Source: Armatimonadota bacterium (lineage in GTDB: Bacteria > Armatimonadota > SYMT01). From it: DNA of 64,000 bases. The position numbers were made by a program, and so were the translations under genes. How positions within the stretch are numbered: the first letter of the stretch is position 1; each line of letters begins with the position of its first letter. Below the pieces are notes generated by a model. It ran no database searches. It was not told the DNA's origin and saw nothing but the letters and a program-made list of their open reading frames with translations. Shown piece after piece: positions 45,980-54,512 of this stretch. Location of the stretch: the NCBI GenBank assembly GCA_041690135.1, contig JAWLHY010000007.1:1-64000 (forward strand). The letters are read 5' to 3'.

Positions 45980-46008
45980 TTCACAGGGAGTGGGGAATGG
46001 GGTATAAT
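45980..46008 (+). promoter_or_regulatory. sigma70 promoter of the 57-aa microprotein gene
   Basis: TTCACA-17 nt-TATAAT. Confidence 0.8.
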
Positions 46009-46060
46009 ACGAGCCGGTACCCCGGTCGCGCCGGGCCATCGTTTGTAAGGAGAGAGCTCA

Positions 46061-46234
46061 ATGGCGAAGAACGTAGGAACGAGTAAGACGAACGTTGCCG
46101 CCCGCGCCGAGCAGAAGGCCCTGGCGAGCACCTGCAAAGTTTGTGGGAACAAGACGGAGATCGTGCTCCGCGTCCCCAGCGTGGGCAAGCGCCAGATCGC
46201 CCGCCTCTGCTGCGAGAAGGCCGGTAAGGGATAA
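46061..46234 (+). CDS. 57-aa basic Cys-containing microprotein (CxxC...CC), absent from the ORF track
   Basis: MAKNVGTSKTNVAARAEQKALASTCKVCGNKTEIVLRVPSVGKRQIARLCCEKAGKG; TAAGGAG RBS; own promoter and terminator; mostly G/C third positions. Confidence 0.8.
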   Translation: MAKNVGTSKTNVAARAEQKALASTCKVCGNKTEIVLRVPSVGKRQIARLCCEKAGKG

Positions 46235-46264
46235 GCCCTATCGGTAGCTCAAGCAGTTTGGAAT

Positions 46265-46309
46265 GAAGAAGAGAGGGCCTGGTCATTTCGACTAGGCCCT
46301 CTCTTCTTC
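46265..46309. terminator. terminator between the microprotein gene and glnK
   Basis: gaagaagagagggcctggtc...gactaggccctctcttcttc inverted repeat. Confidence 0.8.
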
Positions 46310-46440
46310 TCTGGAGTAGCGTCTTCACGTGCCGGAGATAAGCAAAGCCCGACGGACCTGAATGGCCGCCGGGCTTCGTCTTCTTTCAACCCCCGGCTCG
46401 CGAGCGAGGGGCAACCTCAAGCCCCCGAGGGGACTTCTAC

Positions 46441-46497
46441 TTTCAACCTGGAACGTTCAACTTTCAACTTTCAACCTGGAGCCTTCCACCTTCAACC
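46441..46497. repeat. degenerate heptamer tandem repeat (ttcaacY-like)
   Basis: tttcaac ctggaac gttcaac tttcaac tttcaac ctggagc cttccac cttcaac. Confidence 0.75.
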
Positions 46498-46502
46498 AGC
46501 CC

Positions 46503-46841
46503 CTACAGGGCTTCGTTCCCCCGGTCTCCGGTGCGGATCCGCACGGCGTCATCGAGCTTCCACATGAAGATCTTGCCGTCCCCGACCTCGCCCGTGAGGC
46601 AGGCGTTGCGGATCGTCTTCACCACATCCTCGACCATCGGATCGGGAACCACGACCTCCACCTTCACCTTGGGCAGCAGTCGCACCCGGTACTCCAGGCC
46701 GCGGTAGCGCTCCACATAGCCCGCCTGGCGTCCGGCGCCGCGTACTTCCGTCACGGTCATTCCGGTCAGGCCCATCTCCTCCAATTGGTGCTGGAGCTCT
46801 TCCAGCTTCTCGGGGCGGATGATCACTTCCATCTTGGTCAT
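46503..46841 (-). CDS. glnK: nitrogen regulatory protein P-II
   Basis: GMTVTEVRGAGRQ, YRGLEY T-loop, TGEVGDGKIF, VRIRTG; adjacent to amtB. Confidence 0.95.
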   Translation of the reverse strand: MTKMEVIIRPEKLEELQHQLEEMGLTGMTVTEVRGAGRQAGYVERYRGLEYRVRLLPKVKVEVVVPDPMVEDVVKTIRNACLTGEVGDGKIFMWKLDDAVRIRTGDRGNEAL

Positions 46842-46907
46842 CGTTCGAATTCCTTTTCTTCCACGGGAGCCGGCCCAACTCGGACCGGCTCACACCGCGG
46901 AGCACAA

Positions 46908-48356
46908 CTACATGACGTATCCTTCTTCGCCGTGCTGGGTCAGGTCCAGGCCGGCTTCTTCGTCGGTGCTCTTGACCCGCAGGCCGATCGTCTTGTCTAC
47001 CACCAGCAGGATCAACCCGCCGATGATCGCTGCATAGATCCAGGTGGCAGCGACCCCCACGAACTGGGTCCACACCTGGCCCGCGTTACCGTAAAGGAGG
47101 CCATCCTTACCGAGGCTGTTGACGGAGGTAGTGCAGAACACGCCGGTCAGCAGGGCGCCGACCGTCCCGCCCACGCCATGCACGCCGAAGGTGTCCAGGC
47201 TATCGTCGTAGCCGAGCTTCGACTTGACCGAGACCACGGCGAAGTAGCAGACAACGCCGGTGATGGCGCCGATTGCCAGGGCTCCCATCGGGTTGACGAA
47301 GCCGGCGGCGGGGGTGATGCCTACCAAGCCGGCCACGGCGCCCGAGGCGGCTCCGAGCGCCGTCGGCTTGCCGCGCTGCGCCCATTCCACCAGCACCCAC
47401 GCCATCGTCGCCACGCCCGCCGCGATGTGGGTGTTCACAAAGGCGGTCACGGCCAGGCCGTTTGCTCCCAGCGAACTGCCGCCGTTAAATCCGTACCATC
47501 CGAACCAGAGGAGACCGGTGCCGAGGAGTGTCATCGTGAGGTTGTGCGGGCGCTGCTCCTCGCTCGGGTAACCCCGGCGCTTGCCGATCATGATACAGGC
47601 CACCAGGGCCGTGATGCCGGAGCTGATGTGGACCACCGTCCCCCCGGCAAAATCCAGGGCGCCCATGTCTAACAGCCAGCCGCCCTCGCCCCACACCCAG
47701 TGGGCGATCGGCACATAGACGAGGAGCGACCACACGGAGATGAAGACCAGGTAGGCGCTGAATTTCATCCGCTCGGCGAAGGCGCCGCTCATCAGCGCGG
47801 GGGTGATGATGGCGAACATCAACTGGAACACCATGAAGAGCTGGTGCGGGATGGTCGTTCCGTAGAAGTCATCCGGAGTTTCCGGGCTGACACCGGCGAG
47901 GCCGACGAAATCCATTCCGCCGATGAGAGCGTTGCCCTTCCCGAACGCGAGACTGTAGCCCACCACCACCCAGAGCACCGTGATAATACCCATCGCGATG
48001 AAACTCTGCATGAACGTACTTAGCACGTTCTTCTGCCGGACCATGCCGCCGTAGAAGAGTGCGAGGCCGGGGGTCATCAACAGCACCAGGGCGGAACTCA
48101 CCAGGACCCACACGGTATCCGCCGGGTTGGCTGCAGGCGCCGCGGGTTCTGCTTCTGCGGCTGCTTCTGCCGGTGCAGCCTCCGTGGTGGTTGGTGCGGC
48201 AGCCGGGGTGGATTCCGGGGCGGGGGCACTCTCGGTGGTGACCGCCGGAGCTGCGCCGGGCGCGGCGTCCTGCGCCAATGCGGGGAACGCGCCGAACGAC
48301 AGGAGGGTCAAAACGCAGCCGGCGAGGGTGAGGTGCCGGCGAAATGTGTGGAGCAT
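46908..48356 (-). CDS. amtB: ammonium transporter
   Basis: MTPGLALFYGG, DFAGGTVVH, LWFGWYGFNGGS, DDSLDTFGVHG; cleavable signal peptide; ATG 48356 follows GGAG. Confidence 0.97.
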   Translation of the reverse strand: MLHTFRRHLTLAGCVLTLLSFGAFPALAQDAAPGAAPAVTTESAPAPESTPAAAPTTTEAAPAEAAAEAEPAAPAANPADTVWVLVSSALVLLMTPGLALFYGGMVRQKNVLSTFMQSFIAMGIITVLWVVVGYSLAFGKGNALIGGMDFVGLAGVSPETPDDFYGTTIPHQLFMVFQLMFAIITPALMSGAFAERMKFSAYLVFISVWSLLVYVPIAHWVWGEGGWLLDMGALDFAGGTVVHISSGITALVACIMIGKRRGYPSEEQRPHNLTMTLLGTGLLWFGWYGFNGGSSLGANGLAVTAFVNTHIAAGVATMAWVLVEWAQRGKPTALGAASGAVAGLVGITPAAGFVNPMGALAIGAITGVVCYFAVVSVKSKLGYDDSLDTFGVHGVGGTVGALLTGVFCTTSVNSLGKDGLLYGNAGQVWTQFVGVAATWIYAAIIGGLILLVVDKTIGLRVKSTDEEAGLDLTQHGEEGYVM

Positions 48357-48638
48357 TCTCCAAATCTCCGTCAGAGGTCGGGCGTCGCGGCCCGTCTGTG
48401 GGCGGCGAACGCGACTGCTTGAAACGAACCGGTCTCCGCGGGGCTGCCAGGTTGCCAACTACGGGCGGCGAGTGGGGCGTGCGGGGGCCGTGATGTCGAG
48501 CAGCCGGTGACGAACGGTCTCGCGCGTCATCGTCGACGGAGAGGGCACGTGGCTCGGGATGTAAACTGCCTTGCGGTGGAAGGGTTCCCGGAGCCCCAAC
48601 CGGACTGCCAACCTATGGTGAAAGGGTAGTCTGCGGAT

Positions 48639-48698
48639 GTTTCTCGCCAGTTTCTCGCATGTTTCCGGCATGTTTCGCGCCAGTGAACTTTGCGTAAC
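48639..48698 (-). promoter_or_regulatory. array of six 11-bp-phased pentamers (GlnR/OmpR-type boxes) upstream of amtB-glnK
   Basis: Minus strand GTTAC-n6-TTCAC-n6-GAAAC-n6-GAAAC-n6-GAAAC-n6-GAAAC; candidate -10 TAGGTT at 48610-48615. Confidence 0.75.
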
Positions 48699-48818
48699 GT
48701 GCACACCTTCACCCAGAAGTGGTTTCCGGAGGAGCCACCGTGAGGTGTGACGAAATAGCTGGCATAGGGGCAGTAAAGGCAAGGATGCCGACCCTTTCAC
48801 ACATGGAGAGTGCCAGTC

Positions 48819-50396
48819 ATGAGCGCAGCTACCGCTGCCCAGGTGCCCGATAAGCAGCTATCCGACGCACAAAGGAAGACGCTGTTCTGGGCATGTTTCC
48901 TCGCCCTCATCGCCACGGCGTTCGGCTTTATCGTGCGGGCGCTGTTGATCGATACCTGGGGCGTGCAGTTCGGCCTGAATGCAACGCAAAAGGGCGAAAT
49001 CTTCGGGGTCGGCCTCTGGCCGTTCGCTATCAGCATCATCCTGTTCAGCCTGGTGATCGACCGCATCGGCTACGGCACGGCGATGGTCTTTGCTTTCGTG
49101 TGCCACGTCACGTCGGCGATCATGACGATCACCGCCACCGGATACTGGTCGCTGTACTGGGCAACCTTCATCGTGGCACTGGCCAATGGTACGGTCGAAG
49201 CGGTGATCAACCCAGTGGTGGCCACGCTCTTTCCCAGAGAGAAAACGAAGTGGCTCAACATTCTCCACGCGGGTTGGCCGGGTGGACTGGTATTGGGTGG
49301 CGTGCTCGCGCTGCTGATGGGCGAGGGCGCCGACTGGCGAATGAAGGTGGGGCTGCTGCTGATTCCGACGGTGCTGTACGGGCTGATGATGCTGGGGAAG
49401 AAGTTTCCGGTCAACGAGCGCGTTGCAGCCGGCGTGTCCGACAAGGATATGCTGAAGGAGTTCGGCACTGTCGGCGCGTTGATCGTCAGCTTCATGATGG
49501 TGTCCGAAGTGGGCCGCGTCTTCGCGTGGTCCACCCCCGTGATTGCCGGAGCCATCATTGCCGCCACGGTCGCCTTCGGCGCCTACATCGGCTTTGCGCC
49601 CGGTCGGCCCCTCTTCATCGTGATGCTGCTCATCATGGTGCCGCTGGCGACCACGGAGCTCGGCACGGATAGCTGGATCACCTCCCTGATGGGCCCGGAG
49701 ATGGAGAAGCTCGGTCTCCAGGGCGGCTGGGTGCTCGTCTACACCTCGCTCATCATGATGATCCTGCGCTTCTGCGCCGGCCCCATCGTCCACAAGATCT
49801 CTCCGCTTGGCCTGCTGGCTGCCAGTTCTCTCGTGGCCATGTTCGGTCTCATCTTCCTTTCGAAGGCGACCGGAGTGACCATCCTCGTGGCGGCCACCCT
49901 CTACGGCTTTGGAAAGACCTTCTTCTGGCCGACGATGCTGGGTGTGGTGGCGGAGCAGTTCCCCAAGGGCGGCGCCCTGACCCTGAACGCGACCGGTGGG
50001 GTCGGGATGCTGGGGGTCGGCGTGGTCGGGGCGGTCTTCCTGGGCTATATTCAGGACACCTCGATCGACCGTCACCTCCAGACGCAAAACCCGGCCATTC
50101 ACCAACAGGTGACCACGGAGAAGCGTTGGGTCTTCGGCTCCTATCCGGCGGTGGACGCCGAGCAGGTGAAGACGCTGCCCGAAGGCGACCAGAAGGCGAT
50201 CGATGAGCTCTCCGGAACGGCGAAGAAGGACGCGCTGACGACAGTGGCCATCTTCCCGTTCATCATGTTGCTCTCGTACCTCGCTCTGCTGGGCTACTTC
50301 AAGACGCGCGGCGGCTACCAGGCGGAAGACCTGGCAGGACACGCGGCCCATGACGACGAGCCCAAGCGGGGAGTCGCCAGTCCTGCTGAGGCTTGA
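48819..50396 (+). CDS. MFS transporter
   Basis: More than 12 TM helices; 'IDRIGYG' MFS loop; 'GTVEAVINP', 'LHAGWPGG' and 'FFWPTMLG'. Confidence 0.92.
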   Translation: MSAATAAQVPDKQLSDAQRKTLFWACFLALIATAFGFIVRALLIDTWGVQFGLNATQKGEIFGVGLWPFAISIILFSLVIDRIGYGTAMVFAFVCHVTSAIMTITATGYWSLYWATFIVALANGTVEAVINPVVATLFPREKTKWLNILHAGWPGGLVLGGVLALLMGEGADWRMKVGLLLIPTVLYGLMMLGKKFPVNERVAAGVSDKDMLKEFGTVGALIVSFMMVSEVGRVFAWSTPVIAGAIIAATVAFGAYIGFAPGRPLFIVMLLIMVPLATTELGTDSWITSLMGPEMEKLGLQGGWVLVYTSLIMMILRFCAGPIVHKISPLGLLAASSLVAMFGLIFLSKATGVTILVAATLYGFGKTFFWPTMLGVVAEQFPKGGALTLNATGGVGMLGVGVVGAVFLGYIQDTSIDRHLQTQNPAIHQQVTTEKRWVFGSYPAVDAEQVKTLPEGDQKAIDELSGTAKKDALTTVAIFPFIMLLSYLALLGYFKTRGGYQAEDLAGHAAHDDEPKRGVASPAEA

Positions 50397-50424
50397 CCCT
50401 CGAGCTCCAGGACTTGACATGAGA

Positions 50425-50462
50425 AAAGAAAACCCCCGCTCAACTCGAGCGGGGGTTTTCTT
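50425..50462. terminator. bidirectional terminator
   Basis: aagaaaacccccgctc...gagcgggggttttctt. Confidence 0.85.
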
Positions 50463-50479
50463 GTTAATCGGTTTCGAAG

Positions 50480-51340
50480 CTACTGCAGATTCTTCTGGAA
50501 GAACGCCAGGGTGCGTGCCCAGGCGGTCTTTGCGGCCTCTTCCCGGTAGGAGGGCCGGCCGGCGCTGTGGAAGGCGTGCCCGGCGCCGGGATAGATGAAG
50601 AACTCGCCCTTAGGGTTCGTTTCCTTCAACTTGGCGTAGAAGGCCTCGACGTCTTCCGGTTTGGGATTCATGTCGTCGGCGCCGTAGTGTCCCTGGACCG
50701 CGCCCTTGATCTGTCCGGCAACGTCCATCGGCGCGATGTTCGTGGGGCCCGCGGCCTTGACGGGACCGTAATAGGGAGAGGCCGCCAGGATTTCGGGGTT
50801 GGCGGCGGCCACGAGCAGGGTGATGCGCCCGCCCATGCAGAAACCGGTAACGCCGTACTTGCCGTTGGTAAAGTTCTGCTTCTTCAGCCACGCCAGGGCC
50901 GCCTTATGGTCGGAAACGTTCTGCGCGTCCGGCGCCCACTTTCCGACGAAGGAACGCAGTTGCGCGATATCGCCGGGGACCGGCTCCGTGGCCCGGCTGT
51001 ACTGATCCACCACGAGGCAGGCCAAGCCCGCCTGCGCGATCGTAGCCGCTGTTTCTTTGGCGTAAGGGCTCAAGCCAAAGATATCGGGAGCAATCAACAC
51101 CGTTCCCACTTTGCCCCGGACCTTCGGCCGGGCCAGGAACCCGTTGATTTTGGTGTCGCCGTTCATGAAAGTGAGCGACTCCGTCTGGATTTTGGGGTCC
51201 TGAAGCGCGCTCTGTCCCTGCGCCTGCGCTTCCGCGGGGGCGACGCCATCGGCCCCGGCAATTCCGGCTGTAACGACACCGGCCGCTGCTCCCTTCAGGA
51301 GCGTGCGGCGATCGAACTCGGAGGTAGGTTCTTGGCTCAT
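50480..51340 (-). CDS. Tat-exported dienelactone hydrolase family protein
   Basis: DRRTLLK Tat motif; GFCMGG nucleophile; YPGAGHAF; AWARTLAFF. Confidence 0.92.
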   Translation of the reverse strand: MSQEPTSEFDRRTLLKGAAAGVVTAGIAGADGVAPAEAQAQGQSALQDPKIQTESLTFMNGDTKINGFLARPKVRGKVGTVLIAPDIFGLSPYAKETAATIAQAGLACLVVDQYSRATEPVPGDIAQLRSFVGKWAPDAQNVSDHKAALAWLKKQNFTNGKYGVTGFCMGGRITLLVAAANPEILAASPYYGPVKAAGPTNIAPMDVAGQIKGAVQGHYGADDMNPKPEDVEAFYAKLKETNPKGEFFIYPGAGHAFHSAGRPSYREEAAKTAWARTLAFFQKNLQ

Positions 51341-51659
51341 CAATGGAGATTCCATGGACAGCCTCCGCGGAAGTGCGGAAGGCGGGGAAGTAAGAGATTG
51401 AGACGGGTGAAAGGCCCAAAGGTAAATACGCGCATTGCGCGTGCCTGGCACCATGGAGCCCGGTGCCCGCTCCACTTGCAGCGTGAGAGTGGCCGCACAA
51501 AGGATGCGACGCCAACACCAGCGCAACCAGGTGCCGCCAACTACCGTCAAGTTAGTGTAACCGCAGCCGGAACTAGCGGGTCTTCAGCGGCTGCGGGCAT
51601 TCCCCGTCCGATTTTCGCGGCATGCGGTAACTGCCACCTGATGTGGATGGTCTGTCCCG

Positions 51660-52196
51660 ATGCAAATTCAATCCCTTTCCTGCAGCCACTGTGGCGCCCC
51701 CCTCGACGTTCCGGCCGGGACTTCTTATCTCACCTGCGCGCACTGCGGAAGTCGCCTGAAGGTGAATCGCACCGCCAGTGCCCTCTTTACGGAGGTAATG
51801 GAGGAGATTAGCGGTCACACGGAAGCTATGGTGAGCCATTTGGAAATGATCCGGCTTCAGAACGAACTGGAACGGATCGATCGAGAGTGGCAGATCGAGC
51901 GGGAAAAGCACCTCACACATGACAACAACGGGGCGCGGTCCGTTCCGAGCAGCGGATCCGGTATTGCTTCCGTCATCGGTGGGATCGTGGCGGCCGCCTT
52001 CGGGATTTTTTGGATCGGCGCCGCGTCCAGCATGAGCGCCCCGCCCTTTATGGTGCTGGGCGGAGTGGTGTTTGTGATCGCTGCGCTGGCGAGTGGGGTG
52101 TCCGGGGCCGTCAAAGCTTCGGATTACCAGAAGGCCGAAGAAGACTACCAGAAGCGCCGGGCCGAGATCCTGCGGCAACTGAACACGGAATCGTAG
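51660..52196 (+). CDS. double zinc-ribbon, coiled-coil, two-TM protein
   Basis: CSHCGAPL...CAHCGS, coiled coil, two hydrophobic helices. Confidence 0.82.
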   Translation: MQIQSLSCSHCGAPLDVPAGTSYLTCAHCGSRLKVNRTASALFTEVMEEISGHTEAMVSHLEMIRLQNELERIDREWQIEREKHLTHDNNGARSVPSSGSGIASVIGGIVAAAFGIFWIGAASSMSAPPFMVLGGVVFVIAALASGVSGAVKASDYQKAEEDYQKRRAEILRQLNTES

Positions 52197-52310
52197 CGTC
52201 CGGGAGAAAGCAGGGGAGGGTCCGGGGTTGTTTCACTCCCAGTCGTTGGGCACAGACCGTCGGGCACGGAAGAGGGGTTCTCCCGTGCCCGAGTCCGGAA
52301 CCCGTGGGGA

Positions 52311-53390
52311 TTAGCGCTGGATGCGCGCCGAGCCGCCCTTGGCGAACGAGCGGACCTGCTCCACCGAGGCCATCGTGGTATCGCCGGGGAACGTGGTCAG
52401 GAGCGCTCCGTGAGCCCAGCCCAGCTTCACGGCCTCTTCGGGGGATTCGCCCGACATCAGGCCGTAGAAGAAGCCGGCCGCGAACCCATCGCCGCCGCCC
52501 ACCCGATCGATCACGTCCAGCTCGGCCGTCGGCGCCACATGGGTTTCGCCGTTGATCCAGGCCACCGAACTCCAACTGTGGCGGTTGGTAGAATGGACCT
52601 CTCGCAGTGTGGTCGCCACGACTTTAATGTGCGGGTGCTGATCAACCACCCGATCGATCATGCCGAAGAAAGTTGTCGGGTCGAGCTTGGACTTGGATGC
52701 CACTTCCGGCCCCGGGATGCCGAGGCCCTTCTGGAGGTCCTCCTCGTTGCCGACGAGCACATCCACGTGGGCAACGATCCGGCCGATCGTTTCCTGGGCT
52801 CGCTCCAGGCCGCCGAAGATGCGCCACAGCTTCTCGCGGAAGTTCAGGTCGAACGACACGATGGCGCCCTGGGCCTTGGCCGCCTGCATTCCTTCGATGA
52901 TCACTTCCGGGGTGGTCTCGGAGAGGGCCGCGAAGATGCCGCCGCTGTGGAACCAGCGGACGCCGCCGGCCAGGATCGCGTTCCAATCGAAGTCCCCCGG
53001 CTTGAGCTGGGCCGCCGCTTCGTTGCAGCGGTTGTAGAACACGACCGGGGCGCGGACACCCTGGCCGCGGTCGCTGTAGACCGTCGCCATGTTCGGGCCG
53101 GTAACCCCGTCGTGGGCGAACCGCTTGTAGAAGGGCCGCACACCCATCGCCCGGACGCGTTCCGCAATCAGGTCGCCGATCGGGTAATCGACCATCGCGG
53201 AAGCTATGCCGGTCTGCATACCGAAACAGTCGGCCAGGTTCGCCGCGACGTTGAATTCGCCGCCGCTTACGTGGATCTGGCACTCGTTCGCCTTCCGGAA
53301 GGGGATAATGCCGGGATCGAGGCGATGGACAAGCGCACCGAGGGACAAAAGGTCGAGCGCACCGCTCTGGGGGATGTTCAAACCGTTCAT
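52311..53390 (-). CDS. kdgK: PfkB-family sugar kinase (2-keto-3-deoxygluconate kinase-like)
   Basis: GGEFNVA, SFDLNFR, GNEED, DRVGGGDGF; GAGGAG RBS. Confidence 0.85.
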   Translation of the reverse strand: MNGLNIPQSGALDLLSLGALVHRLDPGIIPFRKANECQIHVSGGEFNVAANLADCFGMQTGIASAMVDYPIGDLIAERVRAMGVRPFYKRFAHDGVTGPNMATVYSDRGQGVRAPVVFYNRCNEAAAQLKPGDFDWNAILAGGVRWFHSGGIFAALSETTPEVIIEGMQAAKAQGAIVSFDLNFREKLWRIFGGLERAQETIGRIVAHVDVLVGNEEDLQKGLGIPGPEVASKSKLDPTTFFGMIDRVVDQHPHIKVVATTLREVHSTNRHSWSSVAWINGETHVAPTAELDVIDRVGGGDGFAAGFFYGLMSGESPEEAVKLGWAHGALLTTFPGDTTMASVEQVRSFAKGGSARIQR

Positions 53391-53888
53391 GCTACACTCC
53401 TCGCTAGGTAGGATATCTGCAGCAAGCGGTCCCCGGCGACTATTAGATCAATAACATCCAAACGCAAGAGACCCGCCACGGTGATCGTGCCGCGGCAGGC
53501 CTCCTGGGTGTTCACTTCTTCCCTTAACGATGGCGTGAAACCTACTCCGGGTTTCCGCCTTCTCCCCACCGGTGATGGTGCCAGGCTACGCGGAAGCGGT
53601 CCGGCCGCCACGGCCTGCCGCGTTCGCATCCGCGGCGCGACGGCTCAGGCCGAGACGCATTCGTGCACCGGCCGCACCGCAGGTTGCCCGCCGACGCGCG
53701 ATGCGGTGGAGGGCGGGGAAATCCCGGACCTCTGCCGTGGCATCCATATCCGCCAGGTGCTGGAGATAAGCGGACACATCCCAGGCGGCGATTTGACCGG
53801 AGCGTGCCCGCTGGAGCACGCGCGTCGCCGCCCGCACGGTGATGGCCTCAAAACGGTGGTGGGTTTTCGTCGCGTTCATCAGTAGTAT

Positions 53889-54422
53889 CGGGTGCGCCTG
53901 TAGAAGGACCAATTGAGAAGAAGGCCGGGAGGGTGGACTGGGGTCCTGCCCGACGCCGGCTGTTACTGGATCCGACGGTATCTGTTCCGAACACGACGCA
54001 GCGTTTGCGGTCGCTTGATGTTTGCTGGTTACTTTATCGACGCCCGCTCCGAACATAGGGTTACGGAGCCTGAACACTCTTAACCGGAGGGTTGAGGATC
54101 CGGTTGTGAACCGTTTCATACCGCTTCGGCATTCCCGGATCGCCGGGTGATACGAGCCCATGGCACTCGGGTAAGAGAGAAGACGGGCGATTACGGCTCG
54201 AAGCGCCTGATGCCTGTAAGACTCACAGGCGGCTCTGCCGGTTCCGTCACGTTTTCTCAACAGCGATCCCGGCGGGCCTGGAACTGTGGACCCCGCACCT
54301 CCCGCTATTTACGGGGGTTGCAGGGCAGACCTCGGGTGGGGTAAGGTACGCTCCGGCCTGCGCGTGAAGCACGCTGTTACCGTTCGGAAGGCCAGTTCAA
54401 GAGGCTGCCAGCCATGCGCTCG
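53889..54422 (+). ncRNA. large (~530 nt) multistem RNA, OLE-RNA-like
   Basis: Nested long-range helices: 53889-53896/54415-54422, 53934-53941/54392-54399, 53954-53959/54269-54274, 53960-53964/54259-54263. Also many local hairpins with G-U pairs favouring the + strand. Several short motifs resemble OLE RNA (recalled, not searched). Confidence 0.65.
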
Positions 54423-54512
54423 TGGGTCGACCCGTTGCGGGGTAAACTTATATAATTCTGCGGGATCTCCGGGTAGTTTGAACTCAGCGCCCCGAAGCGC
54501 CGACTAACGGAG

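Noticed and set aside
48430-48465. Possible sigma54 promoter (TTGGCA...) upstream of amtB
   Set aside because: Lacks a proper TGGCAC-N5-TTGC arrangement; the phased GlnR-like array explains regulation better.
53586-54260. 224-aa minus-strand ORF across the large RNA
   Set aside because: TTG start without RBS, no motifs, and its 5' half is antisense to the densely paired RNA.
53889-54422. Large RNA as RNase P, tmRNA, SRP, T-box, cobalamin riboswitch or group I/II intron
   Set aside because: Hallmarks absent: no GAGGAAAGUCC, no tRNA-like ends with CCA, no SRP GGAAG-AGCAG loop, no T-box or B12 box, no domain V.
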